Origin: Blepharisma stoltei ATCC 30299
Lineage: Eukaryota > Protista > Ciliophora
Assembly: GCA_965603825.1 (NCBI GenBank)
Contig: CBFDEM010000060.1
Coordinates: 558,001 to 622,000, forward strand
Reading direction: 5' to 3'
Length of the DNA stretch: 64,000 nucleotides
The translations under genes were made by a program, and so were the position numbers. This document shows positions 37,431 through 51,000 of this stretch, one piece after another. The notes under the pieces are model-generated. The model worked only from the letters and a program-made list of their open reading frames with translations. It did not search any database and was not told the origin of the DNA. The first letter of the stretch is position 1. Every line of letters begins with the position of its first letter.

Positions 37431-38820
37431 AAAGCTTTAAAATTATTAGGTTGCTATAATCTATAGGTTTTAAAGCTAATCTGGGTTAATAAAATTCTTA
37501 AAAATTCAGCCCATCAGTAAAAGGGATAACTTGAAAATATTTGGATTATTTTATGCATTTGCAATATAAAAATCTAAAAATAAATTTTATTTAGTTATTG
37601 CCCTGAGAGGAGTAGCTTTGCATTTTATAAGTATCTATTCGTTCGAAAGAACCTTCATAACTCATAATATTTAGAAGATTTGATAAAGATGATGAAGCAA
37701 TTAAAGTAACTTGCCTAATATAAGAGCATGTGAAAACTTTGCAATTTTTTAAATTTAATATTAAATCAAGCTTTCATGCAGAAATTTCGACCATAATGGC
37801 TCATTCATATAATTCAAAATTCTAAATTTGATAAATATGGAATTCATGAGGGTTCAATTTAATATTAAAACTTTTATGAGAGTTTTCTTAATTATATACA
37901 TTTCGATAATTCAAAGATTTCAATATTTCTATGAATTTAGTTACTTAAACTGCTATCATTTGAGAATTATTTTTCTCGCTTTAAAAAATTTGACATAAAT
38001 TATTTTTTCGATACAAATCTAATTGCTAGCTTTTAATACTTATATCCACTTAAAAATTCTTATCATTTTCTATATTAAAACAAAACTCCAGCCAATTTCT
38101 TAATGAATGTTTTACATAATCAGAAATCAAGATAGGCTCTAAAGCTCACTAGAATTTAAATCTGTTTTCTTATGCTTATCAAGGAAATAAACCAAAAAAC
38201 CTTTATAGATTTCATTTCTTGCAAAGAAGAATAAGATATTGACTTTAAAATATAAAATATTGAAATATTTGCAAAGTATTATGAAGACATTGAAAATCTT
38301 GACCATTTTATCTTAATTTCAGATTAAATAGAAATTTTGGCCTTAATAAAGAATACATAACAAAATTTTGGGTTTTCAGATGCAGATCTGTGCTATTGAA
38401 TTCTTGCCGCAATATCAAGAGAAATAAGCAAAAGATTGAGGAAAAAGAAATATAGAGTCATATTGAAATAAAATACCTTTTTTATTCAAGATTTAAAAAT
38501 ATCTCAGTTGTAAATTAAGGATGCTTAGAGTGATTCATTGTTGACAGCACAGTAATGAAATAGTCTGCTGGAATTGGAAAGAAACTAAAAAAGTGTCTTT
38601 ATATGAGAATATTGAATTTTCTTATTATTGAAGAAGCCTATAGAGATTTTAATAGAAATTTTGGTTCTATAATTTAGCTTTTTTGTAAATATTGGATAGC
38701 CTATAACTTGTCTTATTTTCAAGGGAATATTATCAAGAAAATCCAACTTTTTATTCTCACATGTTAATAACTAATATTTTCCTATCTTAAAATTATTACA
38801 AGGAAGAAAACTGGAATATC

Positions 38821-40200
38821 TAAGGAAGAAGAGTTTGTAATACTCGACTTAATAACTCGTGAACGTGCCATCCTTATATGTGCCTACAATGACTATCTCT
38901 ATGACTATACAGCAGAACTCCAAAATCAGCCAGACTTTATTGAAAAAGTGAAGAGCTGAAGCTATTGGTTGAGCTTGACAAGCCTATAAATAAAAAAGCT
39001 TTTGCATAAAACCTTCCTGAACTCTTGGTCTATGAAATCATGAATACAGAATCTCCTCTCCCTCTTGAAGAAAATACAAAAATCTAGGCCTGCCTCCGAA
39101 AAAAAAGGAAAACTTAGCCTAAGAAGAAAAAAGCTGGATGAGGCTTCATCGTAAAGCTTAATTGTGCATAAGCCTACAGAGCAAAGCAAAATTGCAAGAT
39201 TACCCCTCCAAAGCTTCCAGTCCTTGATAGACCGACACAAAGAATTGGCTCGATTAACGTCTGAGACAAAGAAGATCCAGTTATCCAGAAGTTCTTGAGA
39301 ACAGAGCATTTAGAAATCCATGAAATGTATGAGCGAAAAGAGCATATTTGGAACCAAATTAAAAAAACTTATATGGATTTTGCCCCATTATTAAGTAGCT
39401 ATGCTGAAAAGCTAGAAAATATTGACTCTGTTTAAAATTTTTTAAGGGATTGACTATATTAATAGACTTATAGCTGAGCATATAGATGGCTAAAGAGAAG
39501 TAATGGCAAAAAATATTCTGCTGTCATTTCCAATGCCTGTGGCTAATTGAAAGATATACAGAAAACCTTGGCAGATACATCAGAAAAAACTCGTGGCAAA
39601 AGACGTATGGAGCAAGATAGTAGGGATCAAAGACAACACTGAAAAGTGACTGAAAGAGAAAGAAATGATGGAACAAAAAGCAAGAGACGCTATAATACTT
39701 GATAAAAAAGACAGAAAGGAAGCCTTAAAACACATATCTTCAGGAAAAGGGGACGGGTTCTTAGTGAGGAGAGATTTGAGCTCTAAAGATGGCCAGCTGA
39801 TCAAGAAAATGAATGTTTTATCAGAACAAACAGGAATGCAAGCCGCCAAGTCTAAGAAAGAGTTTAAAATGAAATCTACCAAAACAGAAGTCTCTATTAT
39901 AAGCACGAAAAACTTCGAGCCAATGAAGAAGGAGAAATCACATCGACGCTCTTATTAAAATGCTATACTTGAACAACGCAGATTCGACTACTTATGATTT
40001 AGAGTTTTGGGCTGAATATTATAGCATTAGGCTCCAGAGCTTGAAAACTTTTTTAACATTTCAGCTACCCTGTTCTTGGAGAAAAGCAGCCAGTTGGGCT
40101 ACTCACATTTATTAAGGTTCAAGGAAGAAAGAAATTTTTGACTCTTCTAGGAGAACCAAAAGAGGGAAATGAAAAAGCGTGAAAATAAAATAAGTTGTTT
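38821..40200 (+). mobile_element. Probable decayed non-LTR retrotransposon (LINE-like) insertion
   Basis: Absent from the right duplicate. Purine-rich broken coding sequence with QRIGSINV(W) near 39238 (APE endonuclease N-terminal-like) and DRKEALKHISSGKGDG near 39710 (RT region-0 KAPGPDG-like). Many stops. Confidence 0.5.
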
Positions 40201-41127
40201 TTTATATCATAAGCATAATTAGTGTTATATTTCACCAGAAGAAAACATTTTTGCCGAGAAATTCGAGCTTGATTATTATTGAAGAGAACATTATTGCTTC
40301 ATATAAACATATAAAAAAAATGCTTAAATAAATTCTTCTTGAGTTGTGGAATGAGAAAATATTAGATCTAGAGAATTATATATTTAGCGGTTATCCTCAT
40401 GATAGAGATAAATACTGGACTAAGAGGAAGTGATTATATAATGATTTTTATGGCTTACATAGGGGGCTATTTAGTGAAGAAATTTTATAACTTCTTAAAG
40501 AAACTCTTTACTACCGTTTTCAAAAGTAGAATTAAGATCCCCCAAATAATATTTTATTTAGAAAGGTCAAGAATTTCTCATTTGTCTGTGAAATAAAGAT
40601 TCTTCTAAGATAGAAAAAGTCATATGAGATCTCATTTGCCAAAGTAGGTTTAACTATAATGACTAAAAATTGGTAATAATTGGATAATATAAGAATCAAT
40701 TTTCTGTGCAGTTTTATGGAAATAGAGTAAGAATGCATGGGGATAATAAGAAATTAAATAGATTTAAGCATGTTAGCTTGTTATGCATATCAACTTTACT
40801 AATCTATGCAATAAATCCCAGCATACAAAATTTTAAAATGGCAATCATTTATAAGAATAATAAAGAATTAATAGATAATATGCTGAATTTCGCATTATTG
40901 TCTTACTTAATCATGAATCATAAATTTGGCTTTACTATAGCCATGCGATTTCAATTTATTGCAAATTAATTTTAAATTTTCCTATCTTCGTTTATCTAAA
41001 GAGCTTATATATTGAACTAAAAAGTTCCTGCTCTCTTCTGCATAAGAATTCTATGTTTATTATAAATTGGGGCATAAGAAACTCTAAAAATGTTGGCAGT
41101 TAAATACATAAATATTTTTATAAAATT

Positions 41128-41475
41128 ATTAGAAGTATTTAATCATTAGCTTTTTTTACAAATTAAACTTGTAGTAGCTTCATTTTGCAAAGAATCCGCA
41201 CATTTATTGTATTACTAATAAACTTGTGAAGAATTTTGATCGCTAATAATCGATTTTCCTATTTTTTCCACACATTTCATTACCTGTTTCGCTTTTATAA
41301 CTGATCCCCATTCAACCAAATACAGACTTTTTGTATTTATCAAAATTTTTCTTTTCCACTCTGCAAAAGAAAAAGAATTCTTGATAAATTGTCGTTTTTC
41401 AATAGAATAGCGCAAAATATTGGGATTTCAGCACCCTGGTATCAAAATATTTTCATTAAATACAACGCAATTTTT
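41128..41475 (-). pseudogene. 3' fragment of the U-box/Kelch gene left at the duplication breakpoint
   Basis: Matches 55577-55940 (ILRYSIE, KRKILINT, KSIISDQ, YYKFNL) with indels and a premature TAG. Confidence 0.85.
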
Positions 41476-42014
41476 TCCCACTCACTACAAGGGGAATTTT
41501 GATGACCTCGTTTCTTTTTCCCATGCAGCATTGAGAGTTAGAAGTATACGCTTTTTGGATGCAATCGTCTGAATTACTTAATTAGAGTGTAACACCTCTT
41601 TAAAATTTGCCAAATAATTTATGAATAAAAGATACTGATTTGGAGAAAGTCTTTCATAGGGTATTTATTTATGAAAAGCATTTCAATTCGAAGATTCAAT
41701 AATTTAAACTATAAATGCTTGCTTTTTTTATAAACCTGAATCGTTTAAATGCAGCTTTGACCTCTAGATACATTAAATAGCTAAAATAAGCTTTTCAAGA
41801 CAGTTTTTTTATAAAATAATAAAGTTGTACATGAAGAATTATTGTTTGCATTTTCAAATTTAAAAAGTTATTACGACTAAAGTAATCTTACAAGCTACCT
41901 AAAATCTAATAAATTAGCTAGTTAATTTTTAATAAAGATTAATTTAGCATTTAGAGCTTTATTAAAAAGACTTAAATGATTAGATTAAAATGCAATTTTA
42001 TAAAGATTGATTAC

Positions 42015-45000
42015 TTAAATAGTATCTTTCCCTTTTCTTGTTCCTGCTCTCCTTGACTTGATCAGAAGAGCAATGTAGCGAATGAGCATATAGAAAATCT
42101 GAACAATAAAGATTTCCATAAGAATTCCCCATAAGAAGCTTTCAGCCCAGTAGCCACTCCAATTGTGACAGAAGTCAACGTTAAGTATCACAATCCCAAT
42201 GACTGATCCAATAAGAACTGCAATGCCTAGTAATAAAGCCAAAATATTCACTACTCTTCTTCCTTTCTCCATGCAAGATATCAATGCACATTCTAAGTGT
42301 ACTCCTATAAGGACTGCGAGGACTGTATATCCGAAATAGTTTCCTTCATAATTGTCAAATATTGATTGAGTTGACATTTCTCTGCCTTTATCAGTGTCTT
42401 CAAATCCTGAGAACAAGCAGCCCTCTACTAATAACTCGAAAATAATAACGGCAAGTAAAATGAATGCTCTTCTCCATCTTGGCAAATCTTTTCTATAATA
42501 AACCAGCCCAAATGTCAAATGACCTTCCAAAAGCATACGGAAATTCCCTTTAGCTCTATATTCATTATATAGTTCTTTTGGATAAAAGTCAACTTCTGGG
42601 CCTTTTTTAGTATGTCCTGAAGGGCCTAAATTATTTACCTCTCTTTCTGTATTTTCTGCAGCAAGTTGAGCTTTTTCAGGGTCACTTTTCACTTCTTCAG
42701 TCTGCACTAAATCCATTTTCACCTTCGTAAATGGCTCAGATTGCTCTGAAAGGGCTTCGACCTTCAAAGGCTCCACGTCTTCTTTGTCCATTTCATCAAC
42801 CTTCAAAGGCTCTACAGGATTATTTGCAAGTTCAGGAACTGGAGTCACTTTTTTATCTTCTTTTTCTGAGGCTTTATTGTGGGATTTATCCATAAAGACT
42901 GTGATTATCATAAGGACGAATCCAATGAAAAATGAGACTATCATTATGATAGTTGGGGCTAAATTATCCCCGCATTCCGGAGTATAAGTAGGAGGAATGT
43001 AAGGGACAAAATCTGTTTCTGAGAGCTTAAATAAGGAGAAATGGGTAAGTGAAACTGTAATTGTATCAACTCCTTGGCTAGTAATGACGCAACCATTTAC
43101 GTCCCAAGTTGAAGTTGTAGTGTCATAATACACACAAGAAAGGCCCCTAGTCGCATTTTTATAATAAGGAATAGTTACTGTGACTGGATATCTGTCATCA
43201 TTGAAGGATTGATATTGCTCATCTGTAGCAGTATATTGATAATCTTGATATCTACCGCTAGTTGTGTAGCTTACAGAGAACCAAGGTGCATAGCCGTCAG
43301 TAATATTATAAGTATTAGCTTTGAAGTTTGTGACTTCAGTCTCATCAATTGGGATTTTATTAGGGAATGTTACATCAATAAACCCAAAGGTCTGAGAAGT
43401 TTTACTGATTGAATCAGGGAAATTTCTGACTTTTCCAAATTGGATAGAGGAAGTTGAATCTGAAGCTGGAAGTGAGCTCTGGCCTGGAAGGTCATCAACT
43501 GTAATATAAGTCATAAAAGTAGTTAAGAAATTATCTGCTGCCAGCAAATAAGTCTCAAATGGCATTGTTGCGTCAGCATGTTTGCTGCCGAAATCTAAGT
43601 ATCCGTTAGAAAGCGATACGATGATTTGCAAAATGCTACTTGCGTCAGTATTAATAGCAATTGAGTTGGCTGTAACTAAGTTATTGAGCCAAGTCATGAA
43701 ATTTTCATAAAGAGTGACTGTCATTGAATCAGTTTGGCTTGATAAAGCCAAAACTGCAGCCGCGAAACTCTTAAATAGTGAGACTGATACTGAATCTTGG
43801 CTTGCTGCATATGATTGCAAGTCACTCCACATCTGTGAGAAAAGAGTATTATCTATCGTTGCAGAGGAAGCAATCAATGAGATTTCGCTTGGAATATTGT
43901 CAGGGTCAAGAGTTGCAGAGGCATACATAGCAGCGTAGTCTGTGTCTTCTAGTTTTCTCTTTAGAGAATCGACTGTGATTTTGCTTTGATAAGTTGAGCA
44001 GCTTAAAAGCTGATCACATGCCTTGATTTTAATTGTATTACTGTTAGGGAATAAGCCAGTTGATAAGCTGCTGTCTTGAGTGGCTCCAAGGACATATTCC
44101 ACACTATTCCAGACATCATCATAAGAATAAGTTAAAGGATAGTCTTGTCCATCTTGGTCATAACACCCAGCAATTGAAATTACAAACGTTGTTTGCAAAG
44201 CAGTTCCACTTGTTGGCTGTATGTCTACAGATCCATCACAGGTAGCCCCACTGTTTATATTTACTATAATTGATGATGATAAAGAGTTTCCTGAAGTCTC
44301 AGTGATTGTAAAGCTGAATTTATAAGAACTACCTTGGATAAAGGTATTTGGTGGGATAGAAATTGTTGGCAAGTTATCAGGAGAAATCTTTATTGCAGAA
44401 CTATCACAAACCCATTTAATTTTAGAGCCAGATGATATAGTAGCTGTAGGAGATAAGGTATAAGAAGATCCTGCTGAGATTTTGGCTGAAGAATAAGGAA
44501 TTTCTATTGAAGAAGAGGAGGCAACTGTTGCAGCTGAGACTTGCACAGTGACTGTGGCCGATGCATTTCTACTTCCTGCACTTATTAATAGGGTTATATC
44601 GTAGCTTGCTCCTGGTATCATTTTTCCTGAAGGAATTGAGAGGCTTGAGGTGGTAGCAGAAGAGACAAGGTCTTTATTATCAGTTCCAAGACAAGAAGTT
44701 GCATTCACTGTATATAAACAGCTCCATTGGTAACTTAAAAGAGTAGAAGAGCTATCTGGATCTGAAGAACGATCTCCATTAATAGAAAAGCCGTTCTTGG
44801 ATGCCACAGTGCAGCTGGATTTGGAAAGTTTTATTTTGAGAGGAGATGAAGTCACTGTGATGGTAAGCAAAGAATATCCGGATACAGATGACTCTGTAGA
44901 ACTTTGGCTAGTTGCAGTTGCATTGAATTGGTATGAGTATCCACTTGGAAGCATATTTTTGTTGATAACAAGCTTGTTTTGCTGCTTGGATGCAGAAAGG

Positions 45001-48000
45001 ATTGCTGAGGAATCAATTGTAGGAGCCCCTGCTAAGGCAACATAGCTCCATTTATAAGTCACTGAAGAGACATCTCCACAGAATGTAGCAACTGAAGCCT
45101 TGTAAGTTCTTGAGTCTGAAGCTTTAATTGTATCAGTTGATCCTGAATCAAATACAACTTGAAGTGAAGGAGCTGCCTTAATTGCTGTAGTCATTGATGC
45201 AGAGTTTGTGCCGCCAAAGGCGTTTGTTACTTTAAGAGTAACCACTAGTGTAGAGTCAACGTTGCTTGTAAATAGAAGTTTTGTGATTGCTAAAGATGCT
45301 GAGGATTGCTTTTCAATATAACTAGTGAGACCTGAGTTCTGTGGAGTACTGGTGGCTGACCAAGTGTATATCATAGGGTTATTCAAGTTTCCTGTTGATT
45401 TTGAACCTGAGTACTGAAGAGCTGTGTTTCCACAATCTAAAGAATAGCTTGCTGGTCCGGAAATGACAGCATTAGGAGTAGGATCGGCTGTTTGCCTTAC
45501 AGTAATATATAGCGGAGTATAATTTAAGCTGCAAGTTCCTTCCTTTTTAGCAATATTTGTTCCCAACAAATATAGTTTTTCAACTTTAATAGTAAAGCCT
45601 TTTCCTAATTGAATTTTCAGCTTATTGGATCCATCCCATGAGCAACTGGCTCCAGTTCCTAGTTTGCTAATGCTTTGCCAATCAATGGTATTTGAGCATG
45701 CTGCACTAACTGTAGTATCAACACCTACACTGAAAGTAACTGTAATGGTAGAGAAATATTCATCGAAATAGGCGTCAGTCACATCTGACAATACGAAATA
45801 ATTCTTGCAAGCTATACATTTATTGCTAACTAAGGTATATCCACCATTACAAACACACGACTGTGAATTTGAGTCATAGCTTGAATTTGCAGTGCAAGAA
45901 CACTTGCTCTTTACTAATTCTGCATTAGTTACACAAGCTGTGCAAGATTCTCCATCATCTTCGCTGCATGTAGTACATACTTGGTTGCAGGTAGCTACAC
46001 ATTTAGTATCTTTTTGGTAAAATCCACTAACACAGCTGCAAGTGCCATCTGAATTTGCTGAAGCATGCTTTATGCAAGTATTGCAAGTATCTACTGATTT
46101 AGTGCAGATGGAACAATTGATCTTACAAGCCTGACATGTATTTCCAGATTTTCCATATCCATTACTACAGCTGCATAAGTTAGTATTATCAACTGCTGCA
46201 TTATCCACACAAGAGCTGCAGGACCAATTAGACGAGCATTTCTTACAAAGTCCTGGGCAGGCTGTGCATACTGCATTTAAAGAGTAATAATAGTCATTGC
46301 ATGTACAAACACTTGTATCTAAATCAAAGCTTGCATTTTCGTCATTACAAGTACAAACTCCATCAGTGAGAGTCATATGGCTTGCGTCTAAACATTCTTC
46401 ACAATAGGTAGCTTCATTAACGCATTCTTTGCAAGGAGCATCACAGGCTTCGCATGAATCTGAATCAGTATAATAGAAGCTAGAATCGCATTGGTCACAT
46501 GTAGATTCATCAACACACTCAGCGCAATTATCCATACACTTAGTGCAGCTTCCTGGATGGTCATAATATCCTCTGACGCAGACACAGTCATTAACGGTTG
46601 TATCAAACTCTGTATGGTCATCTAAACAATTATCACAAGAGCCATCACTATCCAATGAATTGTAGACTCCACTGCATTTTGTGCAATAAGTTTCAGAGCT
46701 GCACCATAAGCAAGGTTCAACACAAGGAGAAGTAGCTGTATTAGAACTGAAATAGTAAGTATCATCAGCAACACATACCTCTGTACCACTATCAAATGTA
46801 GAATGAGTTGGACAGTCGCAGTCAGGAATTCCAAGCATATGAGTTGTATCTGTGCAAGCTGTGCAGGAAGTTCCATCTGTAGTGTCACATGTTGCACATT
46901 TAGGGTCGCATTCAGCACATGTGGTAGCATCACTAAAGTAATATCCGTCATCTGGAACACAATCTGATCCTGTGAGAGTTGAGTGCTCAGGACATTCACA
47001 GTCTGGAGCCGCTGACGTATGAGTTGTATCTGTGCAAGCTGTGCAAGAAGTTCCATCGCTAGCGTCACATGTATCACATTTAGGGTCGCATTCAGCACAT
47101 GTGGTAGCATCACTAAAGTAATATCCGTCATCTGGAACACAAACTGATTCATCGAAAGTTGAGTGACTTGGGCAAGCGCAGTCAGGTACTCCAAGCATAT
47201 GAGTTGTATCTGTACAAGCTGTGCAGGAAGTTCCATCGCTAGTGTCACATGTATCACATTTAGGGTCGCATTCAGCACATGTGGTAGCATCACTAAAGTA
47301 ATATCCGTCATCTGGAACACAATCTGATCCTGTGAGAGTTGAGTGCTCAGGACATTCGCAGTCTGGAGCCGCTGACATATGAGTTGTATCTGCACAAACT
47401 GTGCAGACAGTTCCATCGCTAGTGTCACATGTATCACATTTAGGGTCGCATTCAGCACATGTGGTAGCATCACTAAAGTAATATCCGTTATCTGGAACAC
47501 AATCTGATCCTGTGAGAGTTGAGTGCTCAGGGCATTCGCAGTCTGGAGCCGCTGACGTATGAGTTGTATCGGTACAAGCTGTGCAAGAAGTTCCATCGCT
47601 AGTGTCACATGTATCACATTTAGGGTCGCATTCAGCACATGTGGTAGCATCACTAAAGTAATATCCGTTATCTGGAACACAAACTGATCCTGTGAGAGTT
47701 GAGTGATCAGGACATTCACAGTCTGGAGCCGCTGACGTATGAGTTGTATCTGTACAAGCTGTGCAAGAAGTTCCATCGGTAGTGTCACATGTATCACATT
47801 TAGGGTCGCATTCAGCACATGTGGTAGCATCACTAAAGTAATATCCGTCATCTGGAACACAATCTGATCCTGTGAGAGTTGAGTGCTCAGGACATTCGCA
47901 GTCTGGAGCCGCTGACATATGAGTTGTATCTGCACAAACTGTGCAGACAGTTCCATCGGTAGTGTCACATGTATCACATTTAGGGTCACATTCAGCACAT

Positions 48001-51000
48001 GTGGTAGCATCACTAAAGTAATATCCGTCATCTGGAACACAATCTGATCCTGTGAGAGTTGAGTGATCAGGACATTCACAGTCTGGAGCTGCTGACGTAT
48101 GAGTTGTATCGGTACAAGCTGTGCAGGAAGTTCCATCGCTAGTGTCACATGTATCACACTTAGGGTCGCATTCTGCACATGTGGTAGCATCACTAAAGTA
48201 ATATCCGTCATCTGGAACGCAAACTGATTCATCGAAAGTTGAGTGCTCAGGGCATTCGCAGTCTGGAGCCGCTAACATATGAGTTGCATCTTTGCAAGCT
48301 GTGCAGGAAGTTCCATCGGTAGTGTCACATGTCTCACATTTAGGGTCGCATTCAGCACATGTGGTAGCATCACTAAAGTAATATCCGTTATCTGGAACAC
48401 AATCTGATCCTGTGAGAGTTGAGTGCTCAGGACATTCGCAGTCTGGAGCCGCTGACGTATGAGTTGTATCTGTGCAAGCTGTGCAGACAGTTCCATCGCT
48501 AGTGTCACATGTATCACATTTAGGGTCGCATTCAGCACATGTAGTAGCATCACTAAAGTAATATCCGTCATCTGGAACACAATCTGATCCTGTGAGAGTT
48601 GAGTGCTCAGGACATTCGCAGTCTGGAGCCGCTGACGTATGAGTTGTATCTGTGCAAGCTGTGCAGACAGTTCCATCGCTAGTGTCACATGTATCACATT
48701 TAGGGTCGCATTCAGCACATGTGGTAGCATCACTAAAGTAATATCCGTCATCTGGAACACAAACTGATCCTGTGAGAGCTGAGTGATCAGGGCATTCGCA
48801 GTCTGGAGCCGCTGACATATGAGTTGTATCTGTACAAGCTGTGCAGACAGTTCCATCGCTAGTGTCACATGTATCACATTTAGGGTCGCATTCAGCACAT
48901 GTAGTAGCATCACTAAAGTAATATCCGTCATCTGGAACACAATCTGATCCTGTGAGAGTTGAGTGCTCAGGGCATTCGCAGTCTGGAGCCGCTGACGTAT
49001 GAGTTGTATCTGTGCAAGCTGTGCAGACAGTTCCATCGCTAGTGTCACATGTATCACACTTAGGGTCGCATTCAGCACATGTGGTAGCATCACTAAAGTA
49101 ATATCCGTCATCTGGAACACAATCTGATCCTGTGAGAGTTGAGTGCTCAGGACATTCGCAGTCTGGAGCCGCTGACGTATGAGTTGTATCTGTGCAAGCT
49201 GTGCAGACAGTTCCATCGCTAGTGTCACATGTATCACATTTAGGGTCGCATTCAGCACATGTGGTAGCATCACTAAAGTAATATCCGTTATCTGGAACAC
49301 AAACTGATCCTGTGAGAGCTGAGTGATCAGGGCATTCGCAGTCTGGAGCCGCTGACATATGAGTTGTATCTGTACAAGCTGTGCAGACAGTTCCATCGCT
49401 AGTGTCACATGTATCACATTTAGGGTCGCATTCAGCACATGTGGTAGCATCACTAAAGTAATATCCGTTATCTGGAACACAATCTGATCCTGTGAGAGTT
49501 GAGTGATCAGGGCATTCGCAGTCTGGAGCCGCTGACGTATGAGTTGTATCTGTACAAGCTGTGCAGACAGTTCCATCGCTAGTGTCACATGTATCACATT
49601 TAGGGTCGCATTCAGCACATGTGGTAGCATCACTAAAGTAATATCCGTCATCTGGAACACAATCTGATCCTGTGAGAGTTGAGTGCTCAGGACATTCGCA
49701 GTCTGGAGCCGCTGACGTATGAGTTGTATCTGTGCAAGCTGTGCAGACAGTTCCATCGCTAGTGTCACATGTATCACATTTAGGGTCGCATTCAGCACAT
49801 GTGGTAGCATCACTAAAGTAATATCCGGCATCTGGAACACAATCTGATCCTGTGAGAGTTGAGTGATCAGGACATTCGCAGTCTGGAGCCGCTGACATAT
49901 GAGTTGTATCTGTACAAGTTGTGCAGACAGTTCCATCGCTAGTGTCACATGTATCACACTTAGGGTCGCATTCAGCACATGTGGTAGCATCACTAAAGTA
50001 ATATCCGTTATCTGGAACACAAACTGATCCTGTTAGAGTAGAGTGATCAGGGCATTCGCAGTCTGGAGCCGCTGACGTATGAGTTGTATCTGTGCAAGCT
50101 GTGCAGACAGTTCCATCGCTAGTGTCACATGTATCACATTTAGGGTCGCATTCAGCACATGTGGTAGCATCACTAAAGTAATATCCGTTATCTGGAACAC
50201 AAACTGATCCTGTGAGAGTTGAGTGATCAGGGCATTCGCAGTCTGGAGCCGCTGACGTATGAGTTGTATCTGTGCAAGCTGTGCAGACAGTTCCATCGCT
50301 AGTGTCACATGTATCACATTTAGGGTCGCATTCAGCACATGTGGTAGCATCACTAAAGTAATATCCGGTATCTGGAACACAAACTGATCCTGTGAGAGTT
50401 GAGTGCTCAGGACATTCGCAGTCTGGAGCCGCTGACGTATGAGTTGTATCTGTGCAAGCTGTGCAGACAGTTCCATCGCTAGTGTCACATGTATCACATT
50501 TAGGGTCGCATTCAGCACATGTGGTAGCATCACTAAAGTAATATCCGTTATCTGGAACACAAACTGATCCTGTGAGAGTTGAGTGATCAGGGCATTCGCA
50601 GTCTGGAGCCGCTGACGTATGAGTTGTATCTGTGCAAGCTGTGCAGACAGTTCCATCGCTAGTGTCACATGTATCACATTTAGGGTCGCATTCAGCACAT
50701 GTGGTAGCATCACTAAAGTAATATCCGGTATCTGGAACACAAACTGATCCTGTGAGAGTTGAGTGATCAGGGCATTCGCAGTCTGGAGCCGCTGACGTAT
50801 GAGTTGTATCTGTGCAAGCTGTGCAGACAGTTCCATCGCTAGTGTCACATGCATCACATTTAGGGTCGCATTCAGCACATGTGGTAGCATCACTAAAGTA
50901 ATATCCGTTATCTGGAACACAAACTGATCCTGTGAGAGCTGAGTGATCAGGGCATTCGCAGTCTGGAGCCGCTGACGTATGAGTTGTATCTGTACAAGCT

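Noticed and set aside
40399-40969. Short ORFs in AT-rich spacers, and antisense ORFs over real genes elsewhere
   Set aside because: No motifs, frames not preserved between duplicate copies, or merely antisense shadows.
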